Part shown: positions 17,100-26,346 of the stretch, piece after piece | Layout: the number at the start of each line of letters is the position of its first letter | Position numbering within the stretch: the first letter of the stretch is position 1 | From: a virus | Lineage: Duplodnaviria > Caudoviricetes | Strand: one strand, 5' to 3' | Virus record (IMG/VR): IMGVR_UViG_3300036987_000028 | Span: 1 to 44,663 of that record | DNA length: 44,663 bases | Position numbers and translations under genes: made by a program | The notes under the pieces: generated by a model | The model's input: only the letters and a program-made list of their open reading frames with translations | Told to the model about the DNA's origin: nothing | Databases searched by the model: none

Positions 17100-18035
17100 A
17101 TGACTAACTCCGTCGTTTCACGCCTTGGCCAGATCAACGCCACGGGCAATGACGATGCACTGTTCCTCAAGCAGTTCGGCGGCGAAATCCTTCGCGAGTT
17201 CGAACGCTCGACGCAGTTCAAGAACCGCCACTTCGTCCGCCAAATCCGCAACGGCAAGTCCGCTCAGTTCCCGCTCATCGGCACCGTTACCTCCAGCTAC
17301 CACACGCCGGGTAACTTCATCGACGGCCAGACCGTCCCCCATGCCGAGATCGTGCTGACCGTCGATGGTCTCTTGGTCGCTCCCGTGTTCATCGCGAACA
17401 TCGACGAGGCCATGAACCACTACGACGTGCGCGGTCCCTACGCGTCCGAAATGGGCCGCCGCCTCGCTCAGCAGTACGACATCAACGTCGCTCGCACGTT
17501 CGTTAAGTCGGCCCGCGCTTCCTCGCCGCTCACCGGCCGCGCTGGTGGCTCGGTTATCGCCGCTGGCGCCACGGTTGCCACGAGCGCTGACGTGCTCGCT
17601 ACTTCGATCTTCGGCTCCGCACAGGTGCTCGACGAGAAGGACGTAGGCGAGGGCGACCGCTTCGGCTGGTTCCGCCCCATGCAGTATTACCTCATGGCTC
17701 AGAGCGAGAAGCTTCTGAACAAGGACATCGGCGGCTCCGGCGCTCTGAAGGACGGTACGTTCGAAAGCTTGGCGGGCATCAAGATCGTCAAGACGAACAA
17801 CCTCCCGAGCACGAACGTCGCGACCGGCCTCACGAAGTACCAGGGCGACTTCACCAACACCGTTGGTATCGTCGCTAACCGTTGGGCAGTCGGCACCGTC
17901 CAGCTCATGGACATCTCGTTGGAGAGCGAATACGAAATCCGCCGCCAGGGCACCTTCATGGTCTCCAAGATGGCAGTGGGCCACGGCACTCTCCGCGCCG
18001 ATTGCGCCGTCGAAATCTCGAAGGCAGCGGCGTAA
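17100..18035 (+). CDS. Major capsid protein (gp10A-like, 311 aa)
   Basis: ALFLKQFGGE, RQIRNGKSAQFP, DEAMNHYDVR, GHGTLR; AGGAC RBS before ATG 17100. Confidence 0.97.
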   Translation: MTNSVVSRLGQINATGNDDALFLKQFGGEILREFERSTQFKNRHFVRQIRNGKSAQFPLIGTVTSSYHTPGNFIDGQTVPHAEIVLTVDGLLVAPVFIANIDEAMNHYDVRGPYASEMGRRLAQQYDINVARTFVKSARASSPLTGRAGGSVIAAGATVATSADVLATSIFGSAQVLDEKDVGEGDRFGWFRPMQYYLMAQSEKLLNKDIGGSGALKDGTFESLAGIKIVKTNNLPSTNVATGLTKYQGDFTNTVGIVANRWAVGTVQLMDISLESEYEIRRQGTFMVSKMAVGHGTLRADCAVEISKAAA

Positions 18036-18058
18036 GCCTCCCTCCACCACGCACTACT

Positions 18059-18092
18059 GGCCTCACATGGGAAACCGTGTGGGGCCTTTTTT
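18059..18092 (+). terminator. Intrinsic terminator after major capsid gene (T-phi position)
   Basis: GGCCTCACATGG-GAAA-CCGTGTGGGGCC-TTTTTT. Confidence 0.88.
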
Positions 18093-18116
18093 GCACCTAC
18101 AGGAACCCTCCACAAC

Positions 18117-18695
18117 TTGGCTGAAGACTTTCCCCAACTGACGACGGAGCTTGAAGCCGTGAACGCCATTCTGGCGTCAGTCGGCGAGAGCCCCATCGTC
18201 ACGTTAGACAACACGTTCGTAGACGCTGAGCTTGCTCGCGATCTACTTCGCCAGACGCTCCGCTCTACGCAGACCGCGGGCTGGCACTTCAACACCGAAA
18301 TCAACTGGCCACTCACACCCGACAACCTCGGCCGCGTCTTCGTCCCTCCGAACCTTCTGAAGTATGAGTTCGAAGACAAGAACTACATCGTGCGCGGAAC
18401 GCGTCTCTACAATCGCGACACGCGTTCGTACACGTTCACGGCCGAAGTGACGTTGCTCACCGCCGTCATGTTCCTCCCCTTCGACTTGTGCCCTGAAGCC
18501 ATGCGCCGCTTCGCTTACGTGAGCGCAGGCCGCCGCTTCCAAGACAAGTATCAAGGCGGCGAAGTCCTCCACCAATTCCAAGCGAAGGACGAAACAGCCG
18601 CGTGGGCCGCTTTGCTGAACTACGAGGCCGACGTGCAGAAGTTCAACGTGCTCTCCAGCTCGGGCACGATGCAGCGGATTAGACAGAACCGCTAA
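18117..18695 (+). CDS. Tail tubular protein A (gp11-like)
   Basis: TELEAVNAILASVGESP, GWHFNTE. Confidence 0.95.
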   Translation: MAEDFPQLTTELEAVNAILASVGESPIVTLDNTFVDAELARDLLRQTLRSTQTAGWHFNTEINWPLTPDNLGRVFVPPNLLKYEFEDKNYIVRGTRLYNRDTRSYTFTAEVTLLTAVMFLPFDLCPEAMRRFAYVSAGRRFQDKYQGGEVLHQFQAKDETAAWAALLNYEADVQKFNVLSSSGTMQRIRQNR

Positions 18696-21052
18696 TGGCG
18701 AAGGCCGAGGGCATCGTCCCGAACCTCATCAACGGAATATCGCAGCAGTCACCCGCTGCACGTCTCAACTCCCAAGCCAACGAGTGCGAGAATTTCCAGC
18801 CCTCGATTGTGAAGGGCCTCACCAAGCGGCCCCCCAGCGAGTTCCTCGCCGACCTCGGCATCGTGCTCCCCGCTGGATCGTTCACGCACTTCATCCTCCG
18901 CGACACGACCGAGAAGTACGTCATGGCGATCCTCCCGACCGGCACCATCCGGGTTTGGGATTTCACCGGAGACGAGAAGACGGTCAACGTCACGGTCGCA
19001 GACGGCTACCTCGCCGGGCTCACCATGCCCGAAGACGAGTTGCGAGCGCTCACCATCGCGGACCACACGTTCGTCGTGAACAAGTCCCGCACGGTCGCTC
19101 ACGGCACCGCACGATCCCCCACACGTCCCTATGAAGCCCTCGTCGGCGTCCTGTCCGGTAACTACGGCAAGACGTACCGCATCAAGATCAACGGCGTCAT
19201 TACCGGCGAGTTCACCACGCCGAACGGAGACAACGCCACTCACGCGCCGATCATCGACACCGTGAACATCGCGAACGAACTCTTCAACGACTTCGTGGCG
19301 AACCACTACGATGCGTCGCCGTGGGCCGTCGGCCGCTATCACTCGACCGTCTACGTCCGCAACACGAGCTTCGACTTCACCATCGCCACCGAAGACGGCT
19401 ACGCCGGTCGCGCGATGAAGGACAACAAGAAGCGCGTCCAGAAATTCACCGACCTCCCGTCACACGGCCCGGCCGATGTGGTCATGGAAGTCGTCGGCGA
19501 CGAGAACACTGGCTTCGACAACTATTGGGTTCGCTTCGACAAGGAGAACGACGCCAATAGCTCCGGCGTCTGGAAAGAGTGCCCGGCTCCGAACACGCTA
19601 CTCGGCCTCGACAACGCGACCATGCCGCACATCCTCGTTCGTGAGGCGGACGGCTCGTTTTCGTTCAAGCCCGCCGAGTGGGAGGACCGCAAGTGCGGCG
19701 ACGCCGATACGGTCCCCGATCCGAGCTTCGTCGGTCAGACGATTGAGGACGTGTTCTTTCACCGCAACCGGCTTGGCTTCCTCACCAAAGAGAACATCGT
19801 CATGAGCGAGAGCGGGAAGTTCTATAACTTCTTCCGCACGACGCTCACCGCGCTACTCGACACCGATCCCATCGACGTTGCGGCGAACCACGTCAAGGTC
19901 TCGCTACTCCGCCACGCCGTGCCCTACAGCGACTTGCTCATCCTCTTCTCGGACCAAACGCAGTTCCGCTTCCAAGGCAACGAGCTACTCACACCGAAGA
20001 CCGTCAACGCCCGACCGCTCAGCGAGCTTAACGCGCATCCGCGCATCCGCCCCGTCGCTGTAGGATCGTCGTGCTACTTCCTCACCGAACGTGAGGGATG
20101 GGCGGCGCTGATTGAATACTACATCGACAAGAGCGTGGAGAACGCGGACACCGACGACGTATCGGCCCACGCGCCCACGTACATCCCCGCTGGCGTCCAC
20201 CGCCTCGTGGCGTCTCCAGACCTCGACATGGCCTACGTGCTCACGACCGGCGATCCCGGCGCGATCTACGGCTACAAGTTCTTCTGGAATGGCCAAGAGA
20301 AGGTGCAGTCCGCATGGTTCCGCTGGACGCTCCCCGGCGTGGACAAGGTGCTCAACGTTGAGTTCGATAAGGGCTCGTTGCTGGCGCTCGTTACGCGTGG
20401 CGGCAAGGTGCAACTGGAGAAGATCAATTGCGAGATCGGCCTCACCGATGAGGGCGTGAAGTACAAGGTCCACCTGGACCGGCGTATCTCGCTCACCGGA
20501 GGAACGTACAATGCCGGTACAGGCAAGACCACCTACGCTCTACCTTACGCCCCGGATACTGGATACCTTGCAGTTACCGCCTCTGGTGGACCTACAGTCC
20601 CCGGAGTGGTGCTCCCGTTTTCGGTCGCCGGTTCCTCTATCGTCGTCGAAGGCGATCATCACCTTCAGCCGATCAAGTTCGGACGCCCGTACTCCAGCGA
20701 GTACGAGTTTTCCGAGTTCTTCTTGCGAGACCAGGAAGGCCGCACGTCCGATCAGGATGGCCGTCTCCAGGTTCTGCACATGGCTCTCTCGTACTCTCAA
20801 GCGGCTTCGTTCCGCGTCATCGTAGAGTGCGAAGGCCGCCCGCCCCGAACGTACACGTTCACCGGGCGCATCGTATCCGACCCGGACAACTTGCTCGGTC
20901 AGATCGCGCTCGATAGCGGGCGTCTCTCTTTCCCGGTGTTCTCCCGAAGCGACCGCGTGAAGATCAGGATCATCAACGACAGTTGGTTGCCCTCAAACTT
21001 CTCGGCCGCGAAGTGGCACGGGACGTGGAACCCTCTCAGCAGACAGCAGTAA
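18695..21052 (+). CDS. Tail tubular protein B (gp12-like)
   Basis: PNLINGISQQ, TMPHILVR, PSFVG, FHRNRLGFL, QSAW. Confidence 0.96.
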   Translation: MAKAEGIVPNLINGISQQSPAARLNSQANECENFQPSIVKGLTKRPPSEFLADLGIVLPAGSFTHFILRDTTEKYVMAILPTGTIRVWDFTGDEKTVNVTVADGYLAGLTMPEDELRALTIADHTFVVNKSRTVAHGTARSPTRPYEALVGVLSGNYGKTYRIKINGVITGEFTTPNGDNATHAPIIDTVNIANELFNDFVANHYDASPWAVGRYHSTVYVRNTSFDFTIATEDGYAGRAMKDNKKRVQKFTDLPSHGPADVVMEVVGDENTGFDNYWVRFDKENDANSSGVWKECPAPNTLLGLDNATMPHILVREADGSFSFKPAEWEDRKCGDADTVPDPSFVGQTIEDVFFHRNRLGFLTKENIVMSESGKFYNFFRTTLTALLDTDPIDVAANHVKVSLLRHAVPYSDLLILFSDQTQFRFQGNELLTPKTVNARPLSELNAHPRIRPVAVGSSCYFLTEREGWAALIEYYIDKSVENADTDDVSAHAPTYIPAGVHRLVASPDLDMAYVLTTGDPGAIYGYKFFWNGQEKVQSAWFRWTLPGVDKVLNVEFDKGSLLALVTRGGKVQLEKINCEIGLTDEGVKYKVHLDRRISLTGGTYNAGTGKTTYALPYAPDTGYLAVTASGGPTVPGVVLPFSVAGSSIVVEGDHHLQPIKFGRPYSSEYEFSEFFLRDQEGRTSDQDGRLQVLHMALSYSQAASFRVIVECEGRPPRTYTFTGRIVSDPDNLLGQIALDSGRLSFPVFSRSDRVKIRIINDSWLPSNFSAAKWHGTWNPLSRQQ

Positions 21053-21061
21053 GGACTACCA

Positions 21062-21538
21062 TTGAAACCGACCTTCGTCCGCCAAGCTACTCGTGCAGAC
21101 GCTATCACAGTCGCGGAACGTATCCGTGCAGAGGATCGCGCCGAGTGCTTGGCGGCGACGGGCGGCGAGCCTACCCTTCTCTTGCCGATGATGGCCGAGG
21201 CGGGCCGTGTGCTCGCTGCCGGTCTCCAGCATAACGACCGCGCCGAGATACTCTTCGGCGTGGACCCGCATCCCCTCGTGCCGCGCGTTGGCACCATCTG
21301 GCTCATGTCCACCCCGGACATCTACGACCACCCCGTAGAGTTCGTGAAGCGCACTGTGGAGCTTCTCGACACCTTTCACCAGGACTACGACCTACTCACC
21401 AACTTCATGGATGAGCGCAACGAGCGCCACCTGAAGTGGCTCCGTTGGATGGGCTTCAAGCTTGTCCGCCGCGTCGAAAGATACGGAGCGGAGAACCGAC
21501 CCTTCATCGAATTTGTGAGCTTCAGACAATGTGCATGA
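21062..21538 (+). CDS. gp13-like internal virion protein / GNAT-like fold
   Basis: R.EDRAEC, LTNF.D.RN..H.KWL.W.GF; position after gp12. Confidence 0.8.
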   Translation: MKPTFVRQATRADAITVAERIRAEDRAECLAATGGEPTLLLPMMAEAGRVLAAGLQHNDRAEILFGVDPHPLVPRVGTIWLMSTPDIYDHPVEFVKRTVELLDTFHQDYDLLTNFMDERNERHLKWLRWMGFKLVRRVERYGAENRPFIEFVSFRQCA

Positions 21539-22026
21539 TGGCCCTCGGGATTATCGCGAGCGTCGGCCAAGCCGTCGCCGGGTACGCCCAAGCAAACCAG
21601 CAGGCTAAAGAGCAGAACGCCTATGCGGAGAGCAACCGGCGAGCTGCCGTAGCCGCCAATAACGACAAGTACGCCTCTCTCCAGAACAACACGCTCCAGC
21701 ACCGCGAAGCCGCCGCGCAAGAGAAGTTCCAAAAGCAGATCGAAGCGATGCGAGCCAAGGCTACCGCTGCCACCGCCGCTGGCGAAGGCGGCGTGACCGG
21801 CATCTCGGTCGATAACCTTGAACAAGACCTCGCCGCTCAGCACGGCCGACAGGTGCAGGCAATCGAGACGAACTACGAGATCAAGAATATGGGCAACTAC
21901 GACGAAGCCGTAGCGTCCTATCACAACGCTATCGGGCGCATTAACAGCGTCCGCGCTGCCGCCAAGCCGAGCCCGCTCGGGTTCATCTTCCAAGCCCTAG
22001 GCGGCATCGCCGGAGGCATGAAGTAA
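21529..22026 (+). CDS. Internal virion protein (gp14-like)
   Basis: MC start, Q/A-rich helices, AGEGGVTGISV. Confidence 0.85.
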   Translation: MCMMALGIIASVGQAVAGYAQANQQAKEQNAYAESNRRAAVAANNDKYASLQNNTLQHREAAAQEKFQKQIEAMRAKATAATAAGEGGVTGISVDNLEQDLAAQHGRQVQAIETNYEIKNMGNYDEAVASYHNAIGRINSVRAAAKPSPLGFIFQALGGIAGGMK

Positions 22027-24125
22027 TGGCGACCAATCGCGTCCAGGTTCAAGACCTCTCCGCACCCGAGCCTATCCGCCCCTTTGGCGTCCAGAGCGAC
22101 ACCTTCGCTCGCCCCGCTCAGCCCGCGATCAACAACGATTGGGAAAACCTTGAGCGTGGTCTCGCCGCCTTCGGTCACGGCGTCCGTCAACTAGACGCGA
22201 CGCTGGAGCACAAGAAGCGCGAAGACCTTACCGCCTACAAGGAGCGGGCGCTAGAAGAGTACGCCCGGTTCCGTCTCGCCAAGGGCAGCGATGCCATGGC
22301 CAACGAGTGGCGCTCCGGCACGGTCCCCTATCAGCACGACCCGATCATGGTCCAGGCGCTCAACAAGTTTTGGGCACAGGACGAAGTAGACGCGTTCAAC
22401 CGCTCGCTCGATACCGACACTGAGCTTCATAAGCAGCTCGGCAACGAGGACTTCGACGTGGGCGGCTACGTCCGCGAGAAGATAAAGCCGCACACCGAAC
22501 GGCTGTACGGACAGGAAGGCATCCTTCCCATCCTCGCCGCTGGCGTGGATACCACGACCGAGCGCCTCACCAAGATACACGAGAAGGCTCTCGGCGAGCG
22601 GCGCACCGCTGCCGTGGAGAACGCGGCTATGTCGCTTCTCAATGGCGCGTGGGACAAGGCCATCGCTAGTGGCGCCCCGCCGACGCAAGGCTTCGCCGAC
22701 GCGCTCCGCACGATCTACCGTGACCTCGGCCCCCGCAAGAACGGAGGCGTCCTCTCGATCCCCTACGGGCGACAGGATGAGCTTCTCCTATCCATGCTCA
22801 AGGACAAGGCCGAAGACCCGCGCTACGCACACCACGTCCACACGATGCTGGACGCGCAACGCAAGTCCCTCGACCCGAGCGAGCAAGTCCTCCCGCCCCT
22901 CGCCGCGATCCAGGCGCACCACGACAAGGTGGCCGCGATCCGCAAGGCGGCCGACGAGACGCTCAAGAAGGATGAGAAGCGCCAGTTCGAACAACGGAAC
23001 GTCAGTGAAGCCGTTGCCGCCGCCAAGCGCGGAGACGGATCGTTCGGCCGTATCCAGGATGAGATCGTCCCCGCGCGTCTGAACGGCGAGCTGGAGATCA
23101 AGGGCGAGGCGCTGAAGCGCGAAGCCATGATCCGCCTACGCGACGAAATCCGTACCGCCAACAGTGGCCAGCCCGACGTGGCCGCCGAGCTTGACGCGTT
23201 CGCCGTCAACAACGTGGAGCACGAAGAGTTCTTCAACGTCCTCCGCGGCGGCTATCGCGGCCTCGGTAACGTCATCACCCGCAAGGACGGCACTCCCGAT
23301 CCTGAGGGCCTACAGCAGATCGAACGTGCCGGCGCTCTCTACATGCAGATGAAGCAGAAGGCGCCGAACTACACACACAGCTACATCAAGGATGAGAAGG
23401 CCGAGGACTTCTACGAGATGTTCGCGCTCGGCGTCTCGCACATGGGCCTCACGCCTAGTCAGTCCGCTGCACAAGCCATGAAGGTCGCTGCAAAGGGCGC
23501 TGAAGCTGCCGAGACGAAGATCACGCCGGAAGCTCAGAAGATACTTGATGAGGGCACTCGCTCTCTTGGCATCTTCCATACGCCCGGCATCAACGACGTG
23601 GGCAGCGTTTGGTACAATCCGTGGTCCGGTATCACGAACCCTCAAGCTCTCGCGCCACTCGCCAAGCGCATCATGCGTACTTACTTGGCCGCCGACATCG
23701 AACCGAAAGAGGCCGCGAAGCTCGCCGCACAACGCGTCAACGAGCAAGCCGTCGTCATCAACGGCAAGGCGTTCCTCGGCATCCCCGACGTGGAGAAGGA
23801 CAAGGAGCCCGCGCTCTACAAAGTCCTCGACAGCGTATGGGCGAAGCACGGGCGCACGATCCGCGCGTCAACCGGCGCCGAAGGCCCTGAAGACCTATCG
23901 TTCTCCCCCGTGGGCAGAGCGTACCTCCAGATCGTCGGCCCCAACGGCATGGCCGTAGTCGATGACAAGGGCCACGAAATCCACACGACGCCCGACATGC
24001 TCAAGCAAGGGCAGAAGCGGATGGCAGACCACGAAGCGCTCCGCACCCGCCGCGCTGTAGAGCTGCAACGCCAAGCTGGCGAACTCCCCCGTCTCCACGA
24101 TCTAGGACCACCCGGCCTCCCTTAA
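22026..24125 (+). CDS. Internal virion protein (gp15-like)
   Basis: Size, position, helical composition; no diagnostic motif. Confidence 0.72.
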   Translation: MATNRVQVQDLSAPEPIRPFGVQSDTFARPAQPAINNDWENLERGLAAFGHGVRQLDATLEHKKREDLTAYKERALEEYARFRLAKGSDAMANEWRSGTVPYQHDPIMVQALNKFWAQDEVDAFNRSLDTDTELHKQLGNEDFDVGGYVREKIKPHTERLYGQEGILPILAAGVDTTTERLTKIHEKALGERRTAAVENAAMSLLNGAWDKAIASGAPPTQGFADALRTIYRDLGPRKNGGVLSIPYGRQDELLLSMLKDKAEDPRYAHHVHTMLDAQRKSLDPSEQVLPPLAAIQAHHDKVAAIRKAADETLKKDEKRQFEQRNVSEAVAAAKRGDGSFGRIQDEIVPARLNGELEIKGEALKREAMIRLRDEIRTANSGQPDVAAELDAFAVNNVEHEEFFNVLRGGYRGLGNVITRKDGTPDPEGLQQIERAGALYMQMKQKAPNYTHSYIKDEKAEDFYEMFALGVSHMGLTPSQSAAQAMKVAAKGAEAAETKITPEAQKILDEGTRSLGIFHTPGINDVGSVWYNPWSGITNPQALAPLAKRIMRTYLAADIEPKEAAKLAAQRVNEQAVVINGKAFLGIPDVEKDKEPALYKVLDSVWAKHGRTIRASTGAEGPEDLSFSPVGRAYLQIVGPNGMAVVDDKGHEIHTTPDMLKQGQKRMADHEALRTRRAVELQRQAGELPRLHDLGPPGLP

Positions 24126-25699
24126 TGAGTGACTTCTTTTCCCTCTTGGGGAACCTCTTCGGCTTCAACGCCGGGGGGTTCTCCGGGGGCTTCTCTCAGC
24201 CTACGCAAGCCGACCTCGGCTACAATCAGTTCCTCTCCTACCTCCAGCCCAAGCAACAGCCGTCACAGGCCGCCGCGCCGCCCGCCTACCAGATGCCACA
24301 CGACATCGGCGAAGCCGTCATGGCTCCGTTCGCATCGTCGTCCACGAGCTACACAGGCCCTCCGGCGTACCATAAGCAGGGCATCCCCACGGTTCGCCAC
24401 GACGCTCCCGCGGCCCCTCAGGCGCCCGCTGTAGTCGCCCCGCTCGAAACCCCTACGCCCTCGCTCGGTCTCGCTGAGCAATCCCGTAAGGACGCGGCGC
24501 CGACGATCCAGACGCCCTGGACAACGCGCGACCAGATACAGACGCCGTGGCCCGCCGAGGCCGCGCCTACCGCATTGGAACCCGCCTACCCGGCGCCCAC
24601 TTCGGTCCCGGCAGAGTACGGCTCACCGATGAAGCTCGGCGTGGGCCTCCCCACCGGCAACCAATTCGAGCGCATCGAAGGCACTCCCTTCAGCGTACCG
24701 AAGCGCGTCGCCGAGGCTGTGGCCAACACCTACGACGGCCCGACGTACAAGCCCGCCAACGCCGCCGACGCGTTCACGTCGAAAGACCTGAACATCGCCT
24801 ACGCGGCTACGCCCGGCAGCGAGTTCGGCAAGAAGGCGAGCGCGAACGCTCAGCCGTTCAACTCACTCGTCTTCCACCACACGTCCGACAAGCGCTCACC
24901 CGCTGAGCAGATCGCGTACAGCCAGAAGGTGGACGCGGGACGTGGCGGACAGTTCGGCTACCACTTCTATGTGGACCCGGCTGGCAACGTCATCCAAGCC
25001 GCTCCCCTCTCCAAACGCACGAACCACCTTCACCCCACCGCGCCGACGCGCTCGCACACCGACGTGCAGAGCACGAACTCAATCGGCATCTCGCTCATGG
25101 GCGACGGCAAGAACCCGACGCCCGCGCAGCTCGCATCCGCCGAGAAGCTCGGTCGCGAACTTCAGAAGTCTCTCAACATCGACCCGCAAAGGATCTTCGG
25201 ACACGGCGAAGTCGAAGGCAATCGTGAGAGCTACGAAGGCCGTGGCCTCGCTGAGCGTCTAAGGAAAGACCCGACACTTACAGTGACTAAGACTTCCACC
25301 GACCACGCCCCGACGCTCACCGCCTATTCCCCTCAGAAGGGCGGCGACAAGATGGAAGGCGGCTACGCAGCGGCCCGCCGCGGTCCCGATGGTAAGGCCG
25401 TCGTCCGCACCCTCGCTGACTACTCGGCCGGTCGCTCCGAATACGTCACCCTCGCTGGCGACAAATCGGAGTTCGGCAAAGAGTACGTCATCCCCGAGAT
25501 CACCTACACGAACTCGGAAGGCAAGAACGTCACGCTCAAGAACGTGCGCGGCGTCGTGCATGACACCGGCTCGGCCTTCAAGGGCAAGGGCGACAAGCGC
25601 TTCGACATCCCCGTAGACCTCGACTTGGCTTCGGAGCATCTCGACAAGCAACCGTTCTCCCACAAGGCCGTCAACTTCATCCCGAAGGCCGTCAAGTAA
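24125..25699 (+). CDS. Putative peptidoglycan hydrolase: Pro-rich N-terminus + Amidase_2-like domain + 3D-like domain
   Basis: LVFHHT...GYHFYVD..G...NSIGISLMG...PTPAQ...IFGHGE; then TAYSP...LAGD...VHDTGSAFKG...RFDI. Confidence 0.75.
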   Translation: MSDFFSLLGNLFGFNAGGFSGGFSQPTQADLGYNQFLSYLQPKQQPSQAAAPPAYQMPHDIGEAVMAPFASSSTSYTGPPAYHKQGIPTVRHDAPAAPQAPAVVAPLETPTPSLGLAEQSRKDAAPTIQTPWTTRDQIQTPWPAEAAPTALEPAYPAPTSVPAEYGSPMKLGVGLPTGNQFERIEGTPFSVPKRVAEAVANTYDGPTYKPANAADAFTSKDLNIAYAATPGSEFGKKASANAQPFNSLVFHHTSDKRSPAEQIAYSQKVDAGRGGQFGYHFYVDPAGNVIQAAPLSKRTNHLHPTAPTRSHTDVQSTNSIGISLMGDGKNPTPAQLASAEKLGRELQKSLNIDPQRIFGHGEVEGNRESYEGRGLAERLRKDPTLTVTKTSTDHAPTLTAYSPQKGGDKMEGGYAAARRGPDGKAVVRTLADYSAGRSEYVTLAGDKSEFGKEYVIPEITYTNSEGKNVTLKNVRGVVHDTGSAFKGKGDKRFDIPVDLDLASEHLDKQPFSHKAVNFIPKAVK

Positions 25700-26328
25700 T
25701 GTGCCTTCCCGCATTGCTGGCGCGTGGGAAGACGTTCGTCATTCCCGCCGCCGATCCGCCTAAGCCCGCCCCCGTCATCCCTCCGAAGGCATCCGTCCCG
25801 AGCGTCGCTCAGTTTGCGAAGCCCGGCGAGCTGCCGCACATCGACCTTGCGAAGACCTACATCGGCACCGCCGAGATCAAGGGCCGCAAGCACAATCCGA
25901 AAATCCTGGAGCTTCGCAGTCTCGCCCGCACGGGCCTCGACAACGACGAAGACCCGTGGTGCTCAGACTTCGTGTGCGGCTGTATCGAGAAGGCCGGAAT
26001 GGTCTCCGCTCGCACCGCTGGCGCTCGCAAGAACCTCCAGTGGGGACAGAAGCTAGACGGCCCGTGCGTCGGCGCCGTTGTCATCTTCTGGCGCGGCTCG
26101 CGCTCCGGCTGGAGTGGCCACGTCGGTTTCGTCGTCGGCCGCGACAAGTACGGGAACCTCATGGTGCTCGGCGGCAATCAGTCCGACGCCGTGAACGTCA
26201 AGCCGTTCTCCACCACCCGCGTCCTCGGCTACCGCTTCCCCAACGAGCTATTGCTCCCGAAGGCAGTCGGCATGGCCACGCTCCCCGTCCTCCGCTCGGA
26301 TGGGCGCCTATCCACCAACGAAGCATAA
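25699..26328 (+). CDS. TIGR02594-type CHAP/NlpC-P60 cell-wall peptidase (endolysin candidate)
   Basis: EIKG.KHNP.I, DEDPWCS.F, GHVGFV, LGGNQSDAV. Confidence 0.88.
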   Translation: MCLPALLARGKTFVIPAADPPKPAPVIPPKASVPSVAQFAKPGELPHIDLAKTYIGTAEIKGRKHNPKILELRSLARTGLDNDEDPWCSDFVCGCIEKAGMVSARTAGARKNLQWGQKLDGPCVGAVVIFWRGSRSGWSGHVGFVVGRDKYGNLMVLGGNQSDAVNVKPFSTTRVLGYRFPNELLLPKAVGMATLPVLRSDGRLSTNEA

Positions 26329-26346
26329 ACACAGAGGCTCGCCACT

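Noticed and set aside
18000-18120. T7 gp10B-type frameshift extension of the capsid protein
   Set aside because: No evident slippery sequence before the stop; terminator and gp11 follow closely
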